A DNA stretch of 64,000 nucleotides from Geosiphon pyriformis uo1 (lineage: Eukaryota > Fungi > Glomeromycota), in contig JAAOMT010000312.1 of the NCBI GenBank assembly GCA_016748015.1, positions 46,743 to 110,742 on the forward strand, in the 5' to 3' direction. This document shows, piece after piece, positions 1-12,529 of this stretch. The position numbers and the translations under genes were made by a program. Each line of letters opens with the position of its first letter. Positions within the stretch are counted from its first letter, which is position 1. The notes under the pieces are model-generated. The model made no database searches. It saw only the letters and a program-made list of their open reading frames with translations, and had not been told where the DNA came from.

Positions 1-1171
1 TCCTCCATCTTCAAGATAACTGTAGGATTAAAAACCACTCCTGCAATAGTCTCATCACCAGTAACCACACCCAAACCTTCACTCATCACTATATCTACCC
101 CTTGATTCTGTGATGAAAGAGTCACCAATGGCTGACATCCAGAGCTAAGCTGAGAAACCATTGGCTCAGGTGTGTCCAACCTCTTAGTCAGCTTGTCAAC
201 ACACTCTGTGAGGCTGGCAAGACTGTGCTCAAGAGTGGCAAACCTATCATTCAATTCCAAAAACACCAGCAGAGTAGGCTTCATCTTCAAAGAAGAGCCA
301 GCTTTTAACAAAATATTCCAAACAGGAGGAGGAGAGAAAGAAGACCCACCAGCAATTTGTGCCCATAAAACACTACCAAAAGAAACAGGACAAGCAATTG
401 GAGCTAAGCATTTGACGTATATGGTAGTCAGTCTACTTTTATCCAAGTCTGAGAAAGTTTTCCATAATGAAGCACCAAAAAAAACATTCTTTTTCTTACC
501 AGCAGGACAAGCCAATGATGTATGGCCCAATTTCTTATACCCAACACACTTGGCCAAAACAAGACAAGACCAGTACAGAATGGCCTCTTTTAGAACAGAT
601 GTGGTCTTTATGACAGCATCCAATGACTCAGCAGAATCAAAACAAACAGTAGTGCATTTGGCCTGAATATAAGAAACCAAATAACAGTTAATTACACAAG
701 TTTTCCCACCCACTAAAGCAACATAATCTCAAATATCATGTGCATTAATTCTTATTAGCAAAGTGTACAAAAGAGCTTTGTAAACATCTCATGCATTCCA
801 CAATTCTTTGTCCACATCAGATCTAGCAACACACATTGCATCTTTTCCAATCAGAATAAACCATTTTGTCACGACCAAATTAGCATGATCAATCTGTTTA
901 AATTCAACCACTGCTTTTTGCCACCAGAACCTTCTTCTAAAACACCACTCCTCCTTTTTTTTCTTAAAAGAACAGATCTGAAGCCATCACTAAAACTATA
1001 AACTTTAGCAGCTTTCTTTATAACAGCAATACTACAGTTAACAGTGGCTTCATAGTTAAAAATAAAAAGTTTAGATTTGTCATACTGAATTATAAAAAAC
1101 TTTTGACTCTTTTTAGGGATTTTTGGACGAAAGAGAGAAAGAAGTTTTCCAAAATTAAATATTAAAAACAT
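1..1171 (-). mobile_element. Non-LTR (LINE) retrotransposon ORF1-like remnant, runs off window start
   Basis: Minus-strand translation ...KKRRSGVLEEGSGGKK / AVVEF.QIDHANLVVTKWFILIGKDAMCVARSD... / KCVGYKKLGHTSLAC (decayed CCHC knuckle). Same motif string (WQKA.IEF...W..L.GKD) as the ORF1 remnant at 49150-50276. Stops/frameshifts present. Confidence 0.7.
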
Positions 1172-1559
1172 AAAAAAGTATTATATTAAAAAAACAGTTT
1201 TATAAATATTTTTAAAACAATAAATAATATAATATTTTAAGATATTTATATTAAGTTTTTTTATTAAAAAAGCTTATTAAACAGTTTGATTTTAATATTA
1301 TAAAAAAGAATAATAATTTTTATTTTTTTGTTTTTTTGTTTAAGAAAATATAAAAAAAAATTGTGTTTGTTTTTGTAAAATTTTATGTTTTTTTTTTAAT
1401 TATTAATAAATATAGTCTAATTACTATCTAATACAAAAAAACAAACTAAAACTCTTTAATTAAATATAACTCACATTTTTTACATGTGATCAATTACTTA
1501 AACTAATTAAGATTATATTACATATTTATTTAAATCACAATATTAATATTCAAACCAGA

Positions 1560-4500
1560 ATAAAACAAATACTGTTTCTAAAAATCAAAACTAACTTTAA
1601 ATACTTTATTAATTTAAATAAACAAATGATACTGTTTAACAACCAAAATAACACAAAGTGTGACAATACTAAAACTACTCTTATATTACTTATCTGACTA
1701 TTGCTTTTTATATTTGTTCTGAATTTAGATCTAAAATTCTATACTATTATTCTATAATATTTAATAAATTTGCAAACAGATTTTACTATTATTAAAGCAG
1801 CTTTTTTCTTATTTTTAAACATCAATACTGTTTTTTTAAACCAGTTATAACAAAATTTTTATTAATAATCTTATACAAAATTAATATTTAACAAATTTAA
1901 TAAAAAATTTTAAACAACTACTAATGCTAAAAAAATACCAGAACTGATCAAGAACTTCTAACATAAAACTATCTTTTGTACTATATTTTTATGCAAACCA
2001 ATATTACTTTAGCATATAAATACATAATTAGAGAATTCTATTTTACTATACATCAAACATAAAACACCAAAATAATATTTGTTGTAAAGTTTTTTCTTAA
2101 CAGCAACTGACAACCTTTTGTAAACTGTCTTTATAAAATATATATGTAAATTTAAAGATATTTTGTTAATAAACTCAGTATATATATGAAAGTCTAAATG
2201 TTAAAACAAAAACTGTACACAATTAATTAATATAGTGAACAAATAATCTGGTCACAATATTTGTATCAGAATCTGTTTTTTAGTTAATATAATTAACTAA
2301 TTTATAAATATCATACATAAAATAACAAACATTATTTGATACTGTTTGGCCATTAGCTAAGATAAATTTTTTTTAAATATAATGTTCAAGAAACAAATAT
2401 GAATAAGCAGCAATATTAACAAATACATCTGTTTTATTATTGCTCATATTACTTAAATAATCTTTAACTTTTACTTACCTAATTAAAATATTCTTATTTT
2501 TAACTAAATTAACAATATGTTTCTATTTTAATTAACAAATATTGTGAAAATCTGGTTATTGTAATTCTAAATTTAAAGTACATATATTAATTATTGCTTG
2601 GTTGTCTAAATGTATAATCATAAAACAAAACAAAAAAACACACTTCAAAGCCAATATAACTGTCTGTGATTCTACTATTGTAGATAATACCAAATCTTGA
2701 ATTTCTACTCCAATATTCATATTAATATCTAAAAAATAAACTGTTACTCCATAAATTATAAACAAAAAACTTATATTTATTAAAGACTTATTAATATAAA
2801 TAACAAAACTTCTAGACCAAACTTAATGTAAATAGTTCTAAACAGTTATAAAATTATCAGAATTCAAAACTTTAAAAAAATTGTAAACAGAAAGTACATG
2901 TAAAGACTCAAAACAAAAATCAACCATAAATTTAAAAACTACTTTAAACTATTAAAAAACTGAATCTTTTGGATTCAATTTTTTTTACTAACAAAATATT
3001 TTCTAATTTATAACTGTCTTATGCTATCTAAAAGCTTATTACCAAAAGTGATACCAAAGCACTTTAAAAAATTAATTACACTATAATAACAAGAATTTTC
3101 CAAAATAGCCAACATAGAAAACTTGCTAAGATTATAGAAAATACTAAGTAAATTATTAGTTAATAAAATTCTATTGTTCAAAAAATTTTCATCATACTTA
3201 CAAAAAAATTGTTTACTGAGCTAATTTTTAACTTTACAGAAAATTATAAAAGATTTATAAGTGTTTACTCCAAAACTTAAAGATCTAAGAATTGATAATT
3301 AAATAAATATTTAAAAATACCATCAGCATTAGAAAAATTAATTACTAAGACAGTCTTATCTTTTGTTTGCAATTGTTTAAAAAATTTTAGTTTATATAAG
3401 AATAAATAGTATAAAGACTTATTAGAAAAGTCTCTAAGTAAATTAGTCATGGTTTTGAGCCTTTTTTTTATCAAGACATTCTATTTACAACACATATTCT
3501 TTAAGACAAAACTAAACTGTATCTTATAATCAACAATTAGCTATAATACTGCTAACATCAAATAAGAAATTTTTTATTTGTTAAAGTTTTTCTTAAAACC
3601 ATATTGAAAAAAAATCAAACATTTGAATATATTTTAGTCAAAATTGGCTTAAATATATTCTTAGTTAACAAAAAAATTTCTAAATACTTGTGTAATTTAC
3701 ACTTATATGTTATTACAATTAGTATTCTGCCAATAAACAAAGAAGCAACTTTGATTTTTTAATTAATTGGAACAGCCACTGTTTTTTTATTGTTAATTAA
3801 AACATTATTAACAGGAAAAAATTCACTAATAATATTCAAAATATATTGTCTAGATACATGACTACTTTTTATTTAAATTGTATTATTAATAAAAACACTA
3901 GCTACAAAAAAAATGTTCTATCTGAACTAGCTTTCACTTTTTTTGACTTGGTAACAAACTTGGTATTAATACAATATTCACACAAATGCTTATGTCTCTT
4001 GATCTTACACAAAAAAAAATTATAACATATTTTCTAAAGCAACAGTAAAAAAACTTTATCTTAGTCTAACCTATTGTGCATTTTGTATTTATTTAAAAAT
4101 CCAAAATTTGTTATTATCTTATTAATTCTATTTTTATGCCAAAAAACCCAATAAAATTTTTGTACATTTTTATTTGCTTAAATTTTATTACAAATAGATT
4201 CAGCCAACAGAATTATAAGTCTTATACATGTTTTGTAGTACTATTTACAACTTTTTATTCTTTTCTAGAGCATTTTTGACAACTGAATTCACTATAAAAA
4301 TAGGATTCTAAGTAGAAGTGTTCTTAAGCACAGAAAAATTGTTTTTATAAAACATGCTAAACTTACTATAAACAAAAAAAATATGATTTGACAGAATTTT
4401 TGACAAAATTTTTTTTACCTTTTTAATTAAAACAATAAACTTAATATTAATTAATACTTTTTTCTAATTATATGGTTTTAAAATTATAAAAATTTAAGCT

Positions 4501-6060
4501 CTTTTTTAAAACTCAGAAACTGCTTTCAAAACCAAATACTTATTTAACAAATTCAAAAGACATCTCAAAACATTATTATTATAATGCTTTTACAACTCAT
4601 TTGAAATACTAGAAAAACTAACAGTTTTTTTATCTAAAAGACAACCAACTATCTGTTTTAACTTATTAAATCCAATTTTTTTTATTACTTTAGAAAATAC
4701 ATTATTATTTATATAATTTAAAAGTACATATTAGTAAAACCAGAGATTAAACATGTTTTTTAGCATTAAATACTTCTTTATTTAGTTTTTCATAATATTG
4801 TCTATTCTATACTTTATTTTATCTGACTTTAAAACTAATTTATTGCCAATTACCAAATAATTCAGTACTATCTTTTAAAAAAGCTTTTTTATTCTTTTAT
4901 TTATAGTCTTTTTAATAGCTAATGTTTTAATTATTTTTGATCCATAAAACTTAAACTTGTAATATTTTTTTCTAGTTCTAAATAGATAGCCAAAATTTTT
5001 TTTGGATTTTACTCTATATTTAATTAAAAACTGGGTATTAGAAGTTTTAATATTATTAACTTTTGACCAAACTTTCATGAAATATTCAAAATCAGAAGCA
5101 TTTTTAAAAGCAAAAGTCTTAACAATCTTAGAAACTAAAATTTCTAACTTAAAAAATTTTGAAAATTGTTTGTTTCTTAAAGTATTAAATTTATTAAACC
5201 AATGTTTTAAAAATATTTTATTCATAGAATTCACTATTATTTTATGTAAATACTTTCACATTATATCTAAATTATCTTGCTTTTTTGCATTCTAAAATAT
5301 ATATTGAATTAAACACATGTTCAAAAATAAACATTTCTTAAAATGTTTCTACTATAATTTATTAATGTTTTTTATTTCAAACTTCTAACAGTTATAATTG
5401 ACCTGCTTATACATAGTATTTAAACAAATATTCAAAAATTATTTAAGCCAAAAAAAACTAATACAGTTTTGTAATTAATATTAAAATATTTAAACACATT
5501 AGAAATCTCACAACTAATAACTATTAATAAAAAATATTTATTAACAAAGATATAATTAATAGTTTTCTTAACTTTTTTTAAGTTACTTTATATTAGTGTT
5601 TTGGTTGCAGGATTTCTAAAGAGTGAATTATGTAAACCCAAACTAAAACATTTCTTAAAACTAATACTTTTAATCATATTATCTTGATTAAAATTATTTT
5701 TAAGCATTGTATAAAAACCAGAACTAACTGTTCTAATAATAAAAAAGATTACTTTATTAGCCTAACCAAAACAAATATTTATTAAAACACCAGCATAAAT
5801 TTCTAAGATTATGATTAAAAAATTATTACCAAATAAAAAGCAAATTAATAGAAAATAATTTAGAATATTTAATACTTTATACATATGCTAAGCAAATATA
5901 TTATTTATTATAATTGTTATATTTAAACCCAAATAACTAGAATTCAAATTAGACACAAAAACTTTCAAACCAGAAAATTTGTTTTTTATTTATGCTCTGT
6001 ATTGTTTTTTTAGCTTTATCTTAGTCACAAAAAAAACCAAATTGTTAAATTTTTTATGTC
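1560..6060 (-). mobile_element. Heavily decayed LINE ORF2 (endonuclease-RT-RNase H-C-terminal Zn finger)
   Basis: Minus strand: L*IVLQNMYKTYNSVG* (~4200-4255, = LWLVLQDMRKAYDSVGW), FFVASVFINNTI* (~3870-3912, = AFVDDTIW catalytic motif), RNase H-like STIVESQTVILALKCV...LDNQA (ORF 2556-2765), CLMYSKIEFSNYVFIC (~2015-2060). 5' part cut by the LTR at ~6062. Confidence 0.7.
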
Positions 6061-6061
6061 A

Positions 6062-7252
6062 TTATTACTTAAAAAAAATTAAAAAAAATTAAAAATAATA
6101 ATATTATATTATATTAACCAATTATTAAATAACAGTATAAATAGTATAAATTAATAAATAAAATTAGAAAATATAATATGTACATAATAACATATAAAAC
6201 ATACACAAATGTACTCAATTTAATATAATTATAAACAAATAAGCTAAGAAGCATTTACAGTCAAACAAAAGGCCCAATAACTTAGCAATTATTCATTAAT
6301 TAGTTTAAATAAATACAATTATGTATAATTCAAAATATGTATATATACAATAGCTTTCTAACTAAAAAAAAACAAACAGAAAAAGAATAAAAAAAAAAGT
6401 CAATTAAACAAAATTAACAAAAAAAATTAGAAAAATTAGATTATAATTTCAAAAAAAGTTAAAAAGTGTGTTCTTTAAGCTTTGTATTATAATATCTACT
6501 GATACTAAAATCAGTAAAATTAAAGATTTTTTTTCTTTATAATCTAGTTCCTTACAAATAACCCAAAAAGCCATTATTTTCTTTTACTATTACCTTTCTA
6601 TTAATAAAAACAATAGTGAAAATATTTAATACATTAATAAAAACACAAATAAGATCCAACCTTAACAAGATTAAAAACACATTAAAAAAATATTAATTAC
6701 ATAAAATTACTTAGAAACTATTTATAATAATACCTTGTTCAAAATTAACAATTAATTTAAAAATCTAAAATAAATTTTTTGTATTTAAAAAAAATAATCT
6801 TTAATTAAGATTATTTTATAAATACTAATTTTGTTAATTTTTATTTTTTATTTTTAATTCTCTTTAAATTTATTAAAAATAAGATACTATTTTACTATAA
6901 ACAAAAAAATACAGATATTTAATATTAAAGTGAGATAAAAAAAGTATCTTCATAAAAGTTTTAAAGAAAGACACAATTGAAAATATAGAAATACAACAGA
7001 AATTCTTCTTAAAAAACTAATATAGTAACAGCTATTAACAATAATTTTGACAAAAACATTATATCATATACCAAATTTAATAACAAAAACATTTATTAAA
7101 AATAATTATTCAATACCTGCTAAAAAATTAAGAAAAACTTATCAAGCTAATCTTCAAATTCTTAAATAAAAATAATAATAATAATCTATTAAACAGAAAT
7201 TTAGCATAAATTAAAATTGATACTAATTGAGACTAATATACTTATCCTTATA
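6062..7252 (+). repeat. LTR of Gypsy family 'D' (5' LTR, followed by TGGT.. PBS-like sequence at 7253)
   Basis: Inverted homolog of 29076-30272, which is preceded by a PPT. Ends cttatcctta(t/c)a followed by tggttatag. Confidence 0.6.
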
Positions 7253-7279
7253 TGGTTATAGATTATTTTTTCTTAGTGG

Positions 7280-8251
7280 TGTTACCAGTAGAATTTAGCT
7301 ATTAATTAGTATGAAATTACTCTCATAATTCCTATTATTAATTAGCATACATTATTATTTATTTCAATTATCACTTATTATTTAATCAAATTATCAAATA
7401 TTATTACTCAATTAATAATCCGATTTGTATTCTAGAAATTAAGATAATCAAATTACACAATACCCTGAACTATTTAACATAGTCAAAATTCGCCGAAATC
7501 AATAGAAATTGGCCGAAATAATCAATAGTTCAGTAAAATAACTTGTAGTTTGCCAAAATGTATCTTTAGTTCACCCAAATTGTAGCAAAGAGAAAAGTGC
7601 AAATTCAAAGACTAGTACTACAGCAAGTTGTATAAAAGAAGAGCTTCTCTCTTCAAGAAAATGTATTTTCTCATAGTATCTTATCATAGTACTTTACTTT
7701 AGATATCTTAATTGAAACAAATCATCTTTTTACACATTCAAATAAAAATAAAAATATTCGAAAACCAAATCCTTAAATTATTACACTTGAAATTCCTTCA
7801 ACACAACTAACGTTTTGAAATTGATTAGCTACCAATTTCAATAATCTGTTAATAATTCCAGGCCTAAATAAAAAACGTTTCTCTTGACACAATTCTATTT
7901 TTTTTCATTTTTTTTATTTTTTTTTTATTTTTTTATTATAATCATTAGGGTAGCCTACAGATGAGATTCCTGTAGAAGAGTTAACTTTCACAGCAAAGTA
8001 ACTATACATTTTTAGTGAGCTTTCAGACAAGCAATTCCTGGAAAAGAGTTGACATTTACTACAACGTAATTACACAAAGTAACTGGTGAGGAATTGGCTA
8101 TTCCACTTATAAGTCCAGCAGTTCAAATTATAGAAGATAATTTGGAGATAAATTCAGTTACTGGAGGTCTAATTACTTCCTGAGAACGTGAATTCACAGC
8201 AAATCAACATTAACAACATTCAAGAAAAGAGACCAAAAACCTCCAGTAACA
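7280..8251 (+). repeat. 5' LTR of element A
   Basis: TG...CA termini; homologous to 28032-29004, 37268-38204 (minus) and 59275-60254; TATA-like tgtataaaag at ~7629. Confidence 0.93.
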
Positions 8252-8253
8252 TT

Positions 8254-8263
8254 TGGTGCTCTC
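8254..8263 (+). promoter_or_regulatory. Primer-binding site of element A (TGGTGCTCTC)
   Basis: TGG 2 nt after LTR end; same PBS after LTR B (14727, decayed) and LTR F (54960). Confidence 0.8.
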
Positions 8264-8296
8264 CCATAGAAATAACATAGCAACAACAAATTCAAA

Positions 8297-10140
8297 GTGG
8301 CAACCATACCAGACACAACAACTCTAGAGTATTATCAGTTAATTTACACTCACTGCAAGCAAAAATTCAACATTCCAGACGGAATTGAAGTTGTCAAGAA
8401 ATCAGTATACCAATACATTGAAAACTGCATCAACAATTATCTTTTTAGAAACTACAACATTTTAGAAGTTAGAAGCAACCTCTACAATAATTTGGTGCAC
8501 TATTCACAATTGGAAACAGAAGACCTGAACAGTAAAACACTTGCCATTTACTTCCAAGAACTTAATTTCAACATTATTGAGTATTGTAAAGAAAAATACC
8601 CAGTACAGTCCAAATACTCACTTAACTTTGAATTAGAAACAGAAATAAGCAACAAAGGCAAACAAAAAGTGAAACAATATTCAAGAACCACTCCAAACAC
8701 TCCAACACTACCAAAAACAACTGTCAAACACCTGCAAACACCTGAGCAAAGAACCAGTGTCAAATTACCACTTTCTATTACACCATTTCCAATTTCACTT
8801 GCTCAACCACAAACACCAAATTCACTACTTAACTGTTTTTCAAGACCAGAAAATTTTCAGTTATCCAAAAGTCCTATTCAACAGCAGGAACCCATATCAA
8901 CCAGCACCAATATTATTGATTACCTACAAAAAAACAAAAGTGATCATTCAGAGAACTTGGAAAGTAAGGAAACTAAATTAGAACAAGAAGAAACTACAGA
9001 AAATAAAAAAAAAATGACAACTGCTTATATTGTAAAAATCCCAGAATTCACTGATAAAAACAATGATACCAGCCCTCAAGAATGGCTTGATAAAGTACAG
9101 AAAGCAGGAAATACAAATGGTTGGAATGCAGCAAGAATGCTCAAAGCAATCTTATACTTTCTCCAAGAAACTACAGAGGAATAGTTTGAAAACTTAGAAA
9201 AATCATTTGGAAACTAGCAAGCATTCAAAGATGCTTTTTTATAACAATTTACTGACAATAACACCTCTATTACTCTCCACAATTGCTTTTACAATATCAA
9301 ACAAAAAACATCTAAAACTGTTATGACTTATCTTAGAAGATTCAATAAACTTCTTAAACAAATTTAACAATTGGAAACCAATGACTACTATTCCAATGCC
9401 CAGATTCTGGATCAATTTATAGCAGAATTAAAAGACAAACTCATTAAAAAAGTCCATCCACATGCTCCAGAAAACCTAACCACTGCTATTAGACATGCAA
9501 AAAACTATAAAATAGCAATAGAAGAAGCAAATTACACCAAACTTGTCAATTTAGATATTGGAGAAACCAGCTCAACAGTTGAAGAGAAAATAAACCAACT
9601 CACAAAAAAAGGTTGAAAACTATTTCACAAACCAACAACAACAGCAGCAATAACCACAAAGATATCAACTACTACAATGATACAATCAAAACAATTTTGG
9701 ATCACCATCCAACAACTAATCTTAAAATTGTCATTATTGTGGAATCTCAGAACATTAGAAACAAAATTGCAGAAAATTGCAAAGAGACCAACAAAACAGG
9801 AGTAATTAATATTACTCTTCACTACAACAATTTTATTACCAACCACTATTACCAACTTATTATTTACCAAGACCACAAAATCAAAACAGTTACTATCAAC
9901 CAGCTCCACAATCAATGCAGCAACAATATCAACAACTTTTATCAATTCAGCAGTATCAGACACCACCCACTTAACAATATCAAGTACTAGCCAGAAGATT
10001 GGTTCAACATAACCAATTCACACCCCAAAATCAATTCAGAATAACAACAACAGAATCAACCCAAATAACCAGTTGGTTCTCCGAAATTCTGGTTAGCAAA
10101 GACCCAATTACTATCACACTCAACCCAGTTATTTTATAAT
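8297..10140 (+). pseudogene. gag: gag of element A (capsid-like region + CCHC zinc knuckle)
   Basis: ORF 8297-9184 ...KIPEFTDKNNDTSPQEWLDKV...GWNAARML; QILDQFIAELK; NCHYCGISEH*KQNC at ~9728-9775. Confidence 0.85.
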
Positions 10141-10329
10141 GCCTAAAAAATCGGATTTTCAACAACCTGCTCTTTCTGAAGATGAAATTGTAGCACCAAA
10201 ATCAAACTCTTCTAACAATACTATTCTACCAACCCAAATTGCCCAAAATGCCAACCTTTCAGATATATTCCCATTTGAATTTGAAGCAAATAAATCACCA
10301 TTTTTGCTTAGCAATGCAATAATCAATGA

Positions 10330-10690
10330 GCAAAAAGCCATTACTGCTATGTATACTGAAGTTATAGTAAAAGAAAAGCCCATCTGATTAATTCTAGACA
10401 GTGGATCTGCTGGAAATATTATTACATACCAATTAATGCAACAACTTAATTGAAATGTTGACAGACCAGCCCAAACAGTGATTGTTACAGCAGATGGTAT
10501 AAAAAAGACACCAGTAGAAAAAATTGACAACTTTTTATTCACCATTGATGGAATCACCATTCCAGTCAAAGTTTTAGTTATGGATGCACTCTAATACCAA
10601 GTTCTTGTTGGAAATAATTGGCTTTTTAAGGCAAATGCAAACTTGAACTGGGAAACTCAAGAACTAAAAATCTCATATCAAGAACAATAC
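10330..10690 (+). pseudogene. Retroviral-type aspartic protease of element A
   Basis: LILDSGSAG active-site motif (~10388-10414), IVTADG, VLVGNNWL. Confidence 0.85.
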
Positions 10691-11677
10691 ATCATAGTAC
10701 TTGCTACTTGTAATACTTTCAACAAACAATCAAAAAAAGCCCCAGTATTCGAATTTGAGAAAAAGAAAGAAATACCACTTATTAAAACCTATATGGCTCT
10801 TGGATTAACATCCAATTGGGCTGAAAAAACAAAACAAAAATTTTTTGAAGAAACCAGAGAATGGAAGAAGATTTGGTATTTTACATTAGAATCATGAAAA
10901 AAACCATCATACATTCCACTAAAATGCAAAGATTGCAAAAAAAAGCTTTCATCTATGGGAGCCTGTATTTCACCAGAAGAAAAATATGAAACTCGCATTT
11001 GCTACTTCTGCAAAGCATGACATAAAAAATGATTTGGATTCCCAAAAAGAAGTGGAAAATGGGACAACACATTTTATCTTACATGTGGAGATATGTTACC
11101 AAAAGAATACAACTGAATTGATGTTACAATGAGAAGAAGAGTATGTAATCAAACCTGTCAATATGCTCTATCAATTTCGGAAAAAGTTAGAAGAGGAACC
11201 CCATTCAATGCAGTATACAACAGTGCTCTTAACAAACTGTATCACTATCCTTATGATGCTGAAATGATTTTTGAGTTAGCAATGGCATTAATCAATAGAG
11301 CCACCCAAGAAGATATCCACCAAATGAAAGAAGCTGAATACATTGAGTATACTATGGAATTAGCTGGATTTGATTATGAAGATGAAGTAGAAACTTATTA
11401 CCAAATTGCAAGTTATACATATCCAACCAAAAAAGCTCAAATTCAACAATTAGAGCAAATGAACATTTAATTATGTAAAAAATGTGTTATGCTTTGTAAT
11501 AACCAATGGTGTTTAGAATGCTATGCTCTTAGTATTCCCCTGCCAGATGAAAATAATGAAAATGAAATCGAATTTGGAGTATCTGAACTGGTAGAAAAAC
11601 TACCAATCACTCCCATCTATTTTCTTGAAAATCAACTATCTCTACAACTTAAATATTTCAACAACCATGGCCAAGAA

Positions 11678-12073
11678 ATAAAACCAGAAAAAGCCCATGA
11701 AATTGACACAGGATATAACCTCAGATATTCTGGCAAAGACACTTTGGTTTTCCAATCAAAGTCCTTGACAAAAATTAACCTTAAAATTGCTCTTAAAATT
11801 CTACCTAAAGCAATGGTTCAAATTGCATTCAGATCATTATTGGAAAGCAAAGGAATTAATGTTAGAGGAGAAGTTATAGATGCAGGATATATTAGAGACA
11901 TTACTATTATACTACAGAATGAAACAGATAAACCATTCAGTATAGAACATGCTAAAAAAATTACCCAAGCAATTTACCTACTCTTAATCAACATTTCAGG
12001 TTTACAATCAGTTAACAACAGAGAAAAATTGAGAAAAAGTGAGAGAAAAATGCAAGGTTTTGGTTCAACTGGA
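11678..12073 (+). pseudogene. dUTPase domain within pol of element A
   Basis: Five trimeric dUTPase motifs, decayed: DTGYNL, FRSLLESKG, VIDAGYIRD, KITQAI, RKMQGFGSTG. Confidence 0.88.
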
Positions 12074-12529
12074 CAATTTACAGTACTAGTAAACATAGCT
12101 CTCAATGCACAGAATGAATCTCACCAGATTCTTCAACTTCTCTAACCAATCACTATTTCATCTTTTGAAGAACATCACGAAATTTACACTTGCTCAAAAC
12201 CTACCACTATCCAACAAATTTTTGAATTCAATGAACAAATCTGTTTAAAGCATAAAATCTCAATCCCAAATGTTTATATTCCCAAAGGAATGAAAAAATT
12301 TTGAGTTACATTCTATAACCCCAATAACTATCTTATTGTCTTATTGAACAAATTAGAAATTGGAATTATATACAGTAACATTTTTCAAGATGAAAACCCT
12401 CAAATTGTCTCTAATTTCATCGAAATTATAAAACATATACTACTTCCAAATCCAAACATCATTCTTACTACTGAAAACTATTACCTGTAAGAAAAAAAAC
12501 TCTCTCAAATCAACATAGGTCTCTTAGAA

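Noticed and set aside
172-666. 164-aa plus-strand ORF and the many other short antisense ORFs over TEs (e.g. 9625-9966, 10159-10569, 17418-17792, 50052-50393)
   Set aside because: Shadow frames opposite retroelement coding sequence with no independent motifs.
11678-12073. dUTPase as an independent host or bacterial gene insertion
   Set aside because: It is in frame within pol at the same position in several families, with no introns or separate start.
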